Source: Amoebophrya sp. A120 (lineage: Eukaryota; Protista; Dinoflagellata). From it: DNA of 64,000 nucleotides. The first letter of the stretch is position 1. Each line of letters opens with the position of its first letter. This document shows positions 12,301 to 27,300 of the stretch, in pieces. The DNA is taken from assembly GCA_905178155.1 (NCBI GenBank), contig CAJINV010000002.1, positions 6,850,743-6,914,742 of the forward strand, read 5' to 3'. The position numbers were made by a program, and so were the translations under genes. Below the pieces are notes generated by a model. The model did no database searches, was not told the origin of the DNA, and was given only the letters and a program-made list of their open reading frames with translations.

Positions 12301-15300
12301 CATCCGGGTGGAAAAGGTGCGCGACAGAAACGACCACATCGACGACTTCCGAATCAGAGTCAAAAACTCCACGACCCCGTCCGGCCCTCCCTCGGAAGCA
12401 GGAGCAGCACCTCTGGGAACTACAAAATCTGCCACAGAAGAACCTTCTGCTGCCGGAAGTGGTGGAAAAGATATTAACGGCGCACCACCAGTAGTGGTAG
12501 TAGAAGGCAACGCGCGCGGGAGATCATTCGAAACCACAGCGCCGCGGCCTGCTCTGTCCGAAGCGGAGCTGCTGCCAGCTGAGCGGCAGCGATACCGCAG
12601 GGATCGGAAGCGGATCGAGAAGGGGCTCGAGCGCTTGCCTTCTTGCGCCTACGTTGTCTTGCCAAACTTGTACTACGGTACTAAAACCGTTGCCAAGAGG
12701 ACGGTGCGTCGGGGTGGAGGCGCTGGACAAGGAAAAAAAAAGAAGATGTTGACAAGCTCTGGAAAGAACGGAAATGATAAAGGGAAGTCCGCCAGACCCT
12801 CATCCGCTCCACGCCCGTCAGTGGTCTCCGAGACGGGCAGTCAAGAAGAACAAATGGGATTTTCGAGGAGCACCACCTCAGAAGGTCAAGGTGAAGTAGG
12901 TTTTGTGAAAGAACAAGAAGTACAAAACGAAAACAAGGAGCAAACTTTATTTACAGCTCCGACGACAAGAGCATCAAGCGGTGAGGGCCACCTCCGAGGT
13001 CGACAGCGCCAGCGGGTTCGCGCCAGTACACTGCTGTTTGAGTTGAAGGGCAGCGCTGGCGACACCATCGACGAGGGGCCCCGCCGAGCCTGCGGCCTGA
13101 AACGGTGCGACGTCAACTGGGCGAAGGGGTCCCACAAATCTTTCGCGGAAAAGTACATCGCCCCCAAAGTCCGTACCCTGCTGAACTCAATGCACGACCT
13201 GCGGGACGACGCTGCGTGGAACTGGCGTCGGATGCGGCATGAAATTCGACATAACGGCGTTTGGGTTTTTTTGGGTACCTTACTGCACTGCAAAAGTATC
13301 GTTTGTACTAAGTTTGAGTACAACTACAAGTACTAGAAATTTCATTGCTACGTCGAATAAAGTTTCTCTTTCTCAAAAGGTGGAAAGAACAGAGTGCAAT
13401 TTGTAATGATGAAGAACGAAGAACATGAACAAGATTCAAAGCCAAATAAAATGGAAGACTTGCCATGCAATCTTGCAATTAGGACGACCGCGATACTTTT
13501 GCACAGGATTGAGATACGTGACCAAGCCCTTCGGAGCTGCTGCGTCCACCTTCTTCGGACGGATAGGGGATTCGCTTGCCCGGCCCTTTCGCGCTGCGTT
13601 CCGCTGGTTGTTCCCCGGAGTGCAGGGGGACGAGAATCAGGGTGAATCGTCTCCCTATCCAGGAAAAAACACCCATCCACATCCAATTTGTCATGCAAAA
13701 CATACATAAAACTCTGTGTTTGTCGTGCAAAAAATGGATGTGGATGGGTTTTTTTCTGTGGATACTCCCACGACGAACCACACAAAGAGCAGTACGACGT
13801 CTCCTGAAGTAGATCCGACGAAGAACGTCGCACTGAGTGGGCGGTGGAACAAGCCGACCTCTGGCACGGGGACGAGTGCTAATCCTAATGCAGCAGCTCG
13901 GGTGACGCCCTCGGTGATTTGGCAACAAAATGTGCGCGACATCTTGAAGTACTATCAAGTTTTGCCCCGCGTGGCCAGCACTTTCTTGAAGAAGAACATC
14001 CATTACGTTCACGGGGCCGTCGACGACCGCCAAGTAATGGTAAAATGGAAGGTGGATAAGGATCCGGTGTCTACCCTCGTTGCCAGAGCATCGGAAGCTC
14101 GCGAAGAGTTCTTGTACTCACATCAAGGATTTATTTTGGCAGGGCAGGAGCGAGTTGGTCCGGGTCGTACTCATGTTCATGCACGCGAAGAAGTGGTAGA
14201 AAGTGATGCTATGAAGAAGATCTTCTCCCCCGATAGCGCCGACGTCGCCAAGAAGTCCCAGCAAGTTCGCGACGTTGCAAACGTGACAATACTTCCGAAT
14301 GATACCCAGCGTCGTCTTGCTAAACATGTTGGGCACGACGGGGAGTCAACGGAAGGTTCGCGAGAAACCATCAGAAATCTGGACCTTGAGCGTCGACTGA
14401 AAAAAATGCGAAAAGAGGGAAAATTTGACACGCTCTGGGCCCTTGAAGAGTATGCCTTTGAGGAGAAGACGCTTTTGAACATGGACTTTCTTGTCAGTTC
14501 TGCCGCGGACAACTGGCTACTTGAAATATTTGGTAGGTTTTTTGGGGAGGCGCTGGGATTGTGGCGGGGGATTAATCACACTATCGTCTCCAGGGAGGAT
14601 CTTCTTCGTGTCGAGTCACAAGCGAGTACTATGTTCCGCCGGACTATTATCTCACGAAAAAAGTGTTAAGTACAGTTACACATTTGTTGGAGTTTCGGCA
14701 TCACAAATTTTCTCTGTGTGGCAGAGAAAACTTGTAATGCAAGGATCATAAGGGAAAATACGTAGGAAACGAGACTCGCAAGCATTTCCTGCATGACAAA
14801 GGTTGTCTGTCTTGCGGCTCCTGCAACACATGTACTAACTGTAACACTTTTTTCTTGCGATAACTATGCGCGACTTGCTGCAACCACTGGAGTTCCAAGA
14901 CTACGACTTCTACTATGGCGTTCTCAAACGTTACATTCTCACTCTCAACTGTTACATGGTTTGTCATGCAGAATTGCCTTCAGAATCCACACCATCAAGC
15001 TGCTTCGCATGACAAATTCTTAGAGGACCAAACAGGCTGATAACCGGCGCCAAATCTGTCATGCACGACGCGCAAGATCTCTCCTATCATTTTTGCCATT
15101 CTTGCATCGCAAATTCATGTACCAGTTGAGAATGTAACAGCTGAGAACGCCATATCTACGATGCTTTTCTCCGTTTCAATGGGTACGAAGCCACCACGCT
15201 GGCCGGTGCGGAAGGTGTACTGCAGAATCTTCTTGCTTCTTCTACTGTGGGCTCTTACGGCGAGCACTATAATATGTCGCGGTCTGCTCGTGCTCCCACG

Positions 15301-18300
15301 GAAGCAGGAGAACTGGAGCAAGCTTATAGGCAACGTCCGCCGTCGTTTTGTTCTCCTGGAGCCCGGTTCGAAAATGATCGCAGCCCGCCCGGAGCAGCTG
15401 AGCAAGTGGGCCGAGCCTCCGCTGGCGATCGCTCTTATTTTGCGGAAGATTTGCTTCTCAGGCCGGGGGCAGAGAGTGTACAAGAAAGAGCTGGTCCTCC
15501 GAACGGGGAGGAGCTGCGCGGCGGAGACGACCTGCAGGGCAGTCCACGGACGAGGAATGATGGTACACCCGAGAAGTGGTCCATGACCTCCTCGGGAGCT
15601 GGTGCGGCAATCTTCGCGGAGCGACCGGTGTGCTCTTTTTTCTACGCAGCCTCGGGTGCTTACTCCTACCTCCCGGCCGCGGAGGCGCGCCTTAATCGGG
15701 CCACTGTCTTTGCGATGGCTAAAAACACGCCGCACTTGCTTCGTAAACTGTACATAGACGTTCTGGCGAAGGGGAAGATAAAACTAAAACAACAACACGA
15801 GGAACAGGACTCCTCCAGCCACGACTACACAACTTCATCTGCCACAGTTGGCAAAGATAATTATAACAACAGCACCAGCTCGGCGAGAGGATCGAATTAT
15901 AGCAATTCTAGTCGTGTAGCGCTGACCACCAGCCGCCACGGAGAGGTGGGAGGACATCAAGTGCATCAAGCTGTTGACGCTCTCCCACCTGTGGCGGACC
16001 TGGACGCAGATCGAGCGAACGGCACCGCAACAGTGCGCAACGTGCTCACCGGGTTTCTGGAGGACTACGTGGCGCAGTGGTTGCAGAGGATGGATGCTCC
16101 TTACTTTGCGGACAACGGGACCAAGATTGTGGAGAGTGTGAGCCCCTGGGCGTGGCTGGAGACGGGGAAGCGAGGCGCGGCCACTTTTTTCCAGGAGTTC
16201 GCCTACCTGCGAGGTTGGTACCATCCCCGCCACGACTTACCGAATGTCACAGTCGCGTACGACTTCGTGAGGCAAAATTGTTTCTCTTGGCTCCCGGATA
16301 TAACATGCTCAGGTGTTACATCTCGTCAAACGTTTAGTTACAAGAGAAATGGAAGTCCGTGCTGCAAAGAGTGATGAATCATCTGAGTCTAACCTACTCT
16401 CAGTCTCACAGGTGGATAGCGCATGACAAGTTTCGGATTCGAGGCTTTTAGACCTCATGAGAATCTGGAGAAATTATTTGCGCTCAGAAATGCGCAAAAC
16501 CCTGCATGTTCGTCGCTCATGCTCTCTATGGAAGACAAAGTCCAGACTTTATCGCAACGGTTGAGATAGAGATTGTAAAACCTGAGGGCGTCATACCGGA
16601 AGCTGGTGTGGTCTCAGAGCACGAGGCCGGTGGCCAAGAAGAGCAAGAGGAACAGCAAGAACGACCACAAGAATCCGAAGCAGAAACAGGTGCGATGCAA
16701 CTGTCACCGTGGGGAAAAGCGACGAAGCGGTGGCTGGAGTACCGCTCCCATTTTGACTACACACTGTACCTGCGGGACCTCGACCTAGAGGCCTTCAACG
16801 CGCAGCACCTGCACCCCCAGGCGCTGGAAGATTTGGGGCGAGGGGTGGTGGAGGGAAGTGTTGATATCGCCTCATCTTCTCAGGCTCCAACTCCCCAAGG
16901 TAGACCAAGCCAGTTTTTCAACTATTCGCACTTTGATCAGAAGCAGCTCCACGCGGGCGGGACATTTTTTCCGCAGCGCGCACTGGATCTGAGCGCGCTC
17001 GCGGACCGTGGCGAACTGAGAAGCATCCTGCTTCAACAGCCCCTGTTGGCTGCGAGCGGCGGCACCGGCGTCTCGGCGGGCGGGTCGTTCGCCACTACTT
17101 GCGAGGATGTCTTTCTCGAGCACGGTGGACGAGTGGAGAAGGTACTGCTGCAACTAGTGCATGACTTGACGACCACGAGCAGCGCCGCGGGCGCGGCGCA
17201 CCACCAGGGGCAGGCGAAAATTGGGGAACAGCAGTTGTTCCGAGATGTTGTAGACTTGCTTACGGGTGGCGGAGAAGATCCTGCAGCGAGCAGGGCGGAA
17301 CTTGAGGACCCTGACAATTTTCCTTGCTGGGAAAGTTTGGACGTGGTGGCGTCGCTAATGCGAAGCGCTTTGCTGGTCAATACGAAGACCGCAACACGGG
17401 CGACAAAGAACGAGGACGATCTTCAGACGAAAAAACGCATCCACGAAGGTGGGCCGCCCAGCACTGGTCGACGCGGCTCCGAAGATGAAGATGTGTACGC
17501 TGAGGCATTGCGTCTCTGGCGTGCGCAAATTTCTACTTCCAACATAGTGTACTTCAATTCGACCGGAAACAAAAGTGCAGGTGGGATAAGATTTGCAGAG
17601 AAAATCTGGGAATTTTTTTCCAAACATTACACGCCCCCGGTGAACAAGGATGAGACGAAGATTTATGCATTGCAAATTTATAATAATGGTGCTTTAATAT
17701 GTCATCTGGGTCTGGGAAGTTGTCGTGCGCCCACACGAATGACAAAAGGACCACTCCGCCCACTGGACGGAGTACGCAGCCAAGCATGACAAATTTTTGA
17801 GCGGTGCTGTCTCGCGTACCACACATGAGACCTTCGTTTTTGCATAACACAGAACAACCGCTAGTATTCATCCGCAACCACATCAACACGCATTCATTAC
17901 AAAGTAAGTTCGGGACTCCTGTGATCGAGGGTTCATCTCTTCTATCTTGCTCGGGAGCGCTACAAATCTTGCAATTTTCCAGACCTCCCAGACCACACAT
18001 TTTTTGATTTTTGCATCTGATAACCGACGGCGAGAAAAAGGGGCTTCATCTAGTGCAGCTGGCGCAGGCGCTGCGGAAGCGGACGAGGTAGTATCGAAAC
18101 CTGCGACACACCAGAATGTCGCTGGTGGGTCGCGAAGCGATCATCTTCAAGAAACGCAGAATATGTTTAAAAGAGTCTCGGACTTATGGCGGCTCTCCCG
18201 TTATCCAATGCAAAAGCATCCTCGCGCTCGTAGTCGTAAGTACTAATCCGAGGACGAGCCAAGGACCATGACAGGTCTTTTGCTTACGGGAAACAGGCTG

Positions 18301-21300
18301 CATTCCAATAAATTACTTTTTTCTCTTGGAGTAGAAATATAGGCAAGTAAAGTCCACCCTACGGTAGTACTACAACGATTATACTTTTGCGATGCATACC
18401 CGTAAAACACAGCTTGTGAGCATTGTCCTTCAGAACACTGCTGCTGCTGTGTTCAACGCAACGCTCGTATCCACGAAAAAAAGACCCATCCTCATCCAAA
18501 TTGTCATGCAAAACACGTCCAAAGTCCTTTGTTTGTCATGCAAAAGATGGACGGGAATGGGTCTTTTTTTGTGGATAGCTCGAGCTCGCCTCGCGGCGCC
18601 TATGACATTGCACAACTACCCCAGCACCTTCTGCCCCTCATTCCTTGTCAACCAAAGTTTCAAACTCAGCTACTGCCTTGAGGAACTGCTTGTATGACGA
18701 ATTCGAGATCATGAAGGAGCCCAAACAGTAACTAAGTGTAACAGTACAACCACACTTCTTGGTGCTGCATGAACTTTTCCTGCACAGGCTGCATTGATTG
18801 TCGCTCCTGATATTTCAGTTTCAGTTGCTCCTCATGCACTCCAAATGTCTGAGGGCGAGGCGAAGTAGTTCTTGTGAACTCGGATAGCGGCTGGAGCGGA
18901 TGCAGAGGGCGAGTACCACAGTCGGCGCGCCTGTTATGGCGTTCTCAAACGTTACATTCTCAACTGTTACATGATTTGTAATGCAAAATGATCATCAAGA
19001 TCCACACGATCAAGCTGCTCCGCATGACAAATTTGCGAATGGCTAAACAGCACCCAAATCTGTTCGGAATTTGTAATGCTACAGATGCAACCTCCCCCCT
19101 TTCACTTTTCCCATTCTTGCATGACAAATCCATGTAACACTTGAGAATGTAACAGTTGAGAACGCCATACCTGTTCTGGAAAACCTCGTCTTGAAGTCGA
19201 AACCGCTGTTTCCCGACCGTCGCATCCCTATCGTAAGGAAAAATCCCCCCTCCCCATATCGAAAAAGTTGGTCTCAAAAAATTTGCAATGCTTATTTGTG
19301 ACCACAAATCGTCTCTGTCTTGCAAGCACGCAACTCAACAGGCTCCGCCGCATTCTGCAGGCGGTTTGTGATGCTGTTAGTCCTACAGCCTAGACGTTTG
19401 CCATGCTCGGCGCCTAGCTAGCCCAGAACCTCTCTGCTCAGGCTCAGTATAGGCCTGCAGTCCCCGCCTCCAGCAAGACAGCTCTGATTTGTGTACGCAA
19501 ATCCAGCATCAGGCACTTTGTTTCGATATGGGGAGGGGGGATTTTTCCTTTTGATAATCCCCGCCGGGTTTTTTGTGCATCCTGAGGACGCGCCGAAGCT
19601 GCAGAATTTTTTCCGCGCTCTCGATCGCGACTTGGAATTCTTGCAAGCCCGAAAAGTTTGGGACTACTCGTTGATCGTGACAGCATCCTTTGATGAGCAG
19701 GATGAGGAGGACGAACAGGATGAGGAGGAACCGGATGAGGAGCCTGAGGACACTGATGTAGATGTGGGGGCAAGGACTGGCTCAGGAGAAGGAACTAGTC
19801 CTCCAAATGTAGTTGAGCAAGGGTTTCTTCTTTCACCAGGACGAGACCAAGAGAAGCGCCGCGAAGAGGAGGCAACACCTTATCCTCCCAATCTGCTTCC
19901 CGTACACTTCTACTCTAGTACTTCCGGCGCAGCCGCCACCAGAACGAAGAGGCGGACTGCACCGAACACGGCAAGAACAGGAACGCCCACCAATGTTGAC
20001 GACGAGAGCAGAGCTACAGCTACTTCTGCCTCTGGCACCAAGAAGAGTAGTACGACTAGAACTGCAACAAACCCGAGAGGTCGTGGAACCACCTCATCAG
20101 GTCGCGAAGTAGAAGCTGCAGGTCGGAAAAATAAAGCTACAAACTACCGCAAAAGTTTTGGCGAGTTGCGGTTCGGCATTGTTGACTTTGACTCCACATC
20201 CCACTACGCCGTGGTGGACCAAACCGCAAAAGAGAACTTTGATAATTTCAAGGTTCGAAAGACGGAGGAGCATTTGAAGACGCTGTTATGCATTTTTGCA
20301 AAAGTTGTATCGCATTAGCTAGAAGTAGCATATACAACAACGAATTTTTTCTAGAACGAACAATGAAAAAACTTGTGACGCAGATTAGCTCAGAAACCAG
20401 GAGATCTGTCATGCTCATGCATGTTGACAAGAACTGCAATATATACGAATACGATACTTTAACTTTTGCAGAGCATAGCTGCTGACCAACCACAATGTCG
20501 CGTTCCCACCGTTCACGCACTTTCACCCCATGCAGTTCCTGAATCAGCAAGGTTCTGACTTGTTATCTCCTTCTTTATCTCCTGCTGATTCCAGCGTGAA
20601 GACCATGACTTCGGATGAACCACATCAAGCCAGCATGACGAATGTACCGTCTTCAGCACGACCGTCGTCGAGAACCCCAAGCAGCCAAAATCGTGGGGCC
20701 GTTCTACTCTATACGCAGACAGGCTTGCTCTCGACCGATTTTCCGCAGTCCTTTGTGGGCAAACGAAATAGCGAAATTCTGCGGCCCTTGTCTATATCCA
20801 GGAAAAAACACCCATCCCCATCCAATTTGTGATGCAAAACATGCATAAAATCCCCCCGTATTTGTCATGCAAAAAATGGATGGGGATGGGTGTTTTTTCC
20901 TGGATAGTCTACCCCTCAGTCGCCGTCGATCTACGCAGATCGGCTGCGGAATTTCGTCATAAAGGCACAGTCCGTAGCTCAGGTGGACGACTTTGTCGAT
21001 GATAGCGAGGACGAGGTGGATCTAGCAGCAGGAGCACACGAACAAGGAATGAGCTCTACTTCTATGCTTCTTGATCGTTCATCGCAGGCCGGCATGGCCA
21101 AGAACACGACAAGCGGCGACGAAATAAAGAGTGAACATCAAATAATCGACGACCACGAGGAAGGCCGCGGAAACGGAGACCAAGAGGAAGAGGAGCAGAG
21201 CGAACCCGAGCCGCGTCGTCCAGAAGTGTTTCTGCGGAGCACGCGGAACTCGTTGCGTAAAGATGTTGACTTTTCGGTGGAGCTTGCCATGGCGGCCGGC

Positions 21301-24300
21301 GGTGCGTATGCATTGCAAAAGTATGATCGTACTAGTACGAATTGCCATTGCGGTTGCGTCTTCACTCAAGATGAACAAAAATGCAATATTGTCATGCTAG
21401 TTGAGGTAGAAAGTTGTGTTTGTCAACATGCATGACTACGAGCGCAGTATTACTTTTGCAGATGATAGTGCGACGATTCGCACCATTGCCGGTATTCAGG
21501 TGGCCGCCCTGGAGGAGTCGAGACTGACCACGCTTTTCTTTGACCTGAGCTCCAGCATTTCGAGCTGGTTGAAGAAACTTCCCACTTTGCTGACTGTCTT
21601 CAAGAAAGGCGAGGAGGAAAATCCGGTCGGAGAAGTTGTACCGGCGCACCAGCAGCAAGACGAACCTCATCTAAACATACAAGTAACTTCTACAGAGGAC
21701 GACGACGAGAATCATCTACCCCTGTTTCCCGAGGCTGCTGTTCCTCCAATTGATGCTCCTCGTGCTGCTGGTTCTTACGAAGATCATGTCAGGGAAGGAG
21801 GAGCCCATGGGCGGGGTCGCGCGGCCGCGGAGGTGTCATCTATAAGGCCAAAGAACAGCACGTCGAGCTCCTCGACCTTGCGTCTTCCGCATATGATGAG
21901 CTCGAAGCGAATCCGCGGGGCGGCTGCGCAAGCGGTGACGCGGCTGCGCCAGGGAATTGATAGCGCTAGCGAGAAGTTGCACGAGGTGGCGGCTGAGGGA
22001 AGTGGAGCAGAGCTCACCTCAGAAGCGGCTCGCGAGAAGCGGATCCGGAAAAGGACGAAGGAGCAGCTGATCACTTCTATCCAGAGAAGAGCCATGACGC
22101 ACAAACAGTTGCACGGGTGTAGCAGCCCCCACTTCCTGATCCCCTTGTATACGGAGATTTTGATGCACCCCAGGCTACAGGAAAGCATAAAATACCACAA
22201 CCCCGATGACGACGACGACCTGGAGGCTCCTCTCCGCACGGCTTTGCACGAGGAACGCGACGAGGACTATTCCCTGAAAATTTTTCACCATGATGGCCAC
22301 CATGATCCAATTTGTCACGCAAAACATCTAGCAAATGCACATGCAGCAAAATTATCTGTGTTTTGTCATACAAAAAAATTATGGGGATGTCGTTTGATTT
22401 TCAGGGAATATGATGGTGGAACTGGAACATGACGACGACGAGGCCTCAGCCGCCTCCGCGCCGGAGTACGTCGGGACTGCGGAGCTGTCTGTCCCGCTGT
22501 ACGCCTTATGCATTGCAAAAGCAAGAGCGCACTAGTATAAATCGCATGACAAATATTTTTTTCAAGAAGAAAATTGGAAGTTGTAGTGCAGAATTAGGTG
22601 TAGAAAGTAGATTTGTCATGCACCATGACTGCAATTAATACAAGTGCGATACTCAATGCATACGCCTTCGTCCCCGACGAAAAGACGGGAGCAATGCGAA
22701 GCGTGAAGCACAAACTTATCCACAGACAAGGACCCATTGATTCCCATTGCAAAACATCATGCATCAAGTATTTAGTCCAGTGTAGGTATCCTGCAAAATA
22801 AAATGGATGGAAGTGGGTCTTCGTCTTTTTTTGTGGATAAAACCTATCCAGCAGTACCTCGACAACAGTGTTTGGTATGACCGGATCTTTGCCAAGCGGC
22901 TGTACCAGCGGAAACGACGGCGGCACAAGAGCGAGCGTTTCTTGGAGGCGGACACTCAACTCAACAAGGAGCGCATGGGCTGGTTTATGGGATTCTCAAA
23001 CGTTACACGCTCACCTGTAGTTGCATGATTTGCGACGCGGAAAAATCACCAGCAGCCTCCAGCACACGATGAAGCTGCCACGCGTGTTGTTAAATTCTTC
23101 AATGGGTGAATAGCATGGAAATGATCGGCTCCTAAGGTGTAATGCAAGTGGCGCAAAATACCCTCCCCCGGCCAATTTTGCTACTGTTCTTGCATGGCAG
23201 TTGAGAGTGTACTAACGTTATTTGAGAACTCCATATAGTTCCGCCGCACGTTCGACTATTTGTTCGGTAGCTTAAAAACGCAGTCGAAACGCAGCGTGTA
23301 CGAGCTGGGGCATTACTTCAGCAGTGACCACGACCTCCACCCTCCAGAGCCCGGCGCTGGCGACGAGGACGAAGAGGAAGACGATTTGGACGAGGGCGAT
23401 GAAGTATCGACCGCAAGGACATCATCTTCCAAGCGTAACAAGGACGGTGTCCTGCGTGTTGATAAAAAAAAGCCCAAAACGTGGAACCGCTGGAATCGCT
23501 GGAAAGACACAGAGTCCTTTCTTTGGGAAAACGAAGACGACGCCAAGGACGACTACGATGAATTTTTTCGATACCTTGGGGTCAACAAGGTTTACAAGAC
23601 AAGCGGTAGAACGCGCAAGTACGTCCGGCTGATGATGAAAAAGTTGCGCAGATATTCCTACTATGGATTGCAAAAGTATCGCACTCGTATAAATGCATAA
23701 TTACAAATTTCCTCAGCATGAGAAATAGAATTTGTAATGCGGATTTCACTTGACAAAAAGATTTGCATGATTGCAATACGAGTGCGATGCTTTTGCACAG
23801 GATACCTACGGGAACTATATGGACGTGGTCGACATCGCTGCCACCTCCAATTGCGATTACGCGGAGGAGTGCAACCCGGTGAGCAGCATGCAGCGGATGC
23901 AGTCTTTGTACAGCTGGAACAAGACCGATTCCAGTTGGAACTGGGTTTCGCCGCCGTCCGACGAAGTCACTGCCGGAAATGACCTTCTTGGCACTCTCGC
24001 TCTTCCCACCACACCGCGGACCTCCTCTTCTTCGCAGAGAGCCGCAGCTCGCTCGACGTCTTGGCGCGGTGGCAGTAGTCGAAGTAGTTCTGGAGCAGGT
24101 CGTGGTGAGCAAGGCAATCCGGCCGACTTGAACTTGTTGGACGACTTATCCACACAAAAAAAACCATCCCCATCCATTTTTTGCATGAAAAAGAACACAG
24201 GACTACTTTATACGTGTTTTGCGTGACATATTGGATGGGGATGGGTGTTGTTTTTTCCTTGATACAACTGGACGTTACCGTACAACACACCTCGTCCACA

Positions 24301-27300
24301 GGAGCAGGGTACCCATGGTGGCGCGGCGAATGGCGGCGCTGCAGGTGGATTGACGAACCTACTTGCCGAAGCCAGGTCAGACTGGTATGGCGTTCTCAAA
24401 TGTTACATTCTCAACTGTTACATAATTTGTCACGCAAACAAACTATCACTCTTAACACGATCAAGCCTTCTCCACAGTAAGGAAAAGATAATATAAGCGC
24501 CCGGGGATGAAGATATACTCGCGATACTTTTCGCGGTTCTGACCCTAGATCTCCTGCGACCGTAGCTGCTTGCGGCGACGGTGCAAAGGTTTTCGATATG
24601 GTGCAGTCGGGTATGCATGACAACTTCTCGACGCGCTAGATAGCATTATAATCTGCTCCAAACCTGTAAAGCAAAAGGCGCAAGAACGTTTTCCCTATTC
24701 ACTTTTGCCATTCATTACAAATTTTATGTAACAGTAGTTGAGAATGTAACGTTTGGGAACGCCATAACTGGAACTTCCAGCGGGTTTTGATGCAAGAGCT
24801 GCGAAAGCTGATACAGCAAATGGAGGTGCTCGAGTCCGGAAACCGAGCAGACAAACGGGGCTCGGAGGAAACAAGTGCAAAGAACAAAAAGCGGGGGCTA
24901 CACGACCCGCCCGCAGCGCACCAGCATCGACATCGACGCGAGGACCATCTTAGGGACATCGAACAGGGAACAGTAAACGCCGAGCAGAGCTTTCAAGGCG
25001 CGAGGCTGCGGGGCGCCTATTCAGGACCATTGCCTCGTGCTGGGACGACGAGTGACCATCAGGACAAGCAGGCTGCTGATAGTAATATTAACCGTGAGGG
25101 TCACCTACTACATCGTGATGACGATCAAAAATCTTCCGGTTATTTGTCGTCAACTACAACCACGGAAGTAGATCATAACAGTACAACTAATAGCACTAGT
25201 ACTTCTGTCGAAGCGAAAAAGTTAGGGGAGGCGTTGGGGTTTTCCGGAGCAAAGCTTTTCTTTATCGACCGCTTCACGTGGAAACAGATATTGCAGAGCG
25301 AACGTTTCATTTTCGAAACCAGCACGTCCCGTGGCGTTGAATTTTCAGAAAGCGTGTTGTGGAACAAGTTTCACCGCAGAAACCTCTTCCACGAACGCTG
25401 GGAAGATGATGAGGCAAGTAGGTCGAGGACCGCCCGTCGTGGAGATGAGGACGAAGAGGAGGACGATGCGCTTCTTGCAGTGGGCGCCCGTGACCGCGCT
25501 GCTGCAGACGTCGAACTCCTGGGTCGCTCTTCTTCTTCCTATTTTTCTACGTCCTCGGCGGCCACGATTCAAAACTTGAAAGACATGGCCTCTGGCGCGG
25601 TAAAGGCTGCAGCGACAGCGACAACTGGGAAGATGGGAATGGCGTCCTTCTCCACGGAGCAGTCCACGTCAGCAGCAGCACCTCGTACTAGTAGTAGCCC
25701 ACAGGCGGGAGGTAGAAGTTCTGATACCGGGCCCGGGCTCCAAAAAGCCATCGATGCCGAGTCCCGCGCAGACGTCGACGGGGAGAATACCGCCATGAAC
25801 CTTATTCCCGGGCAAAATACGTTCTTCGAGTCGATGTTGGGCCACCTAGAGCGGAGGAAGGGCAACTCTCTGCTGGTGCCGTTTTTCGGTGCGTGGCGGG
25901 TCACGCCACAAATGGATGTGGAGGACGATGATGATGCAGCTCCGGGTTATTTCGGTGCGAGGGTCGAGCAGGTGGAACACGGCCCCGGAGGACGGTCCAC
26001 CCCCGGGCACGCTTCGGGCGTGACTACCGAGGCCAGCTGCTACTACACCCTGATGCCAAACATTGCCTTCAAGCGCAAAAAGATCGAGCAGCAGGAGGCG
26101 ACGCGTCGGAAAAAGCAACAGCGCGAAGAACTTCGGAAAGCGAAGGAGAATAAAGCCCGTCGAGGTACTAGTGGGGGGGCAGCTACAGCTACTAGTACAT
26201 CAACAGCTACAGCTAATACGACAAAGAACACCAAGACCGCTTCATCACCTCTTGCAAGCGAGAACCCAGGAGGACAAGCTCCTGTGTTGATGTCACCGGC
26301 TTACAATCCAGCTGAGACTTGGTGGTGGAATAAACAGTGGGCGAGACGCAGAGAGCTGCAGACGGGGGACATCACTCCTGCAGAGGCTAATATCTGGCAC
26401 GATGCAGGAGTGCAGCCAGTGGAGGACTACATCAAGAACTCTTCCTCGCGATTATACGAGAATCTGCTTAAAAACGCAACACGAGGCCAGTCAGATGTAG
26501 AAAGTACGGCGTTTGGTCGTGGAGGTGCGCCGGGCGGAGCAGACAGACAGATTACAACAGCGAGCAGTTCTTTGTCACCACGACCTGCAGGCATCAAGAA
26601 GAACAAGCCCAACATCAGGAAGCAGAAATCGAAGACGTCGATCCTCTTCTTCGATACCAAAGGATCGGCGGGCGACACCATCGACACCGGCCCCCGGCGC
26701 GCTTGTGCCGTGTTGGAGCTCGGGCGAAAAGAAAATATCCTCACCTCTGCCTTTTTTGGGAGGGTGTACCAGGCCAAGGCATACTCAAAAGGAGTAAACT
26801 ACCAGTCTGTCGTCTCCACCCTGGCGACCCGGTTTCCCGGAATTAGGTACCGGGGGCTGAATACGAGTGATTTATTCGAATTCTTCCGCCTCGCGAAATC
26901 GGAGTGGCTCGGGCTGAATCAGACGAGTATCGGTGAGAGGTGCGCGGAGGAAATTGCGTTGGGGCATTTGCTATCAAATGCAAATATGTCTGGGTCTGTA
27001 AGGATGCAGCCTGTGATGCTACCTCTGGACTCTACATAAAATCTGTATTGCATGAACACCAAAAAGAAAAATAAAAGGTCCAGTTTTTTGCTACGCGGAG
27101 AGGGCACCATTTCTCATGTGGTATGAGCATCAGGAAGTCCTGCTCGCAGAGGCTGTGATGCTGCGGCATGCATCGCAGACATCATGGGTCGTGCAAAATC
27201 TGCATAACACCAGACCCAGACATATTTGCATTTGATATTTGCTGAGCCCCAATTGTACGGCCCAAACACGAGGACATCCGGACGTTCCCTACCACAAGCA

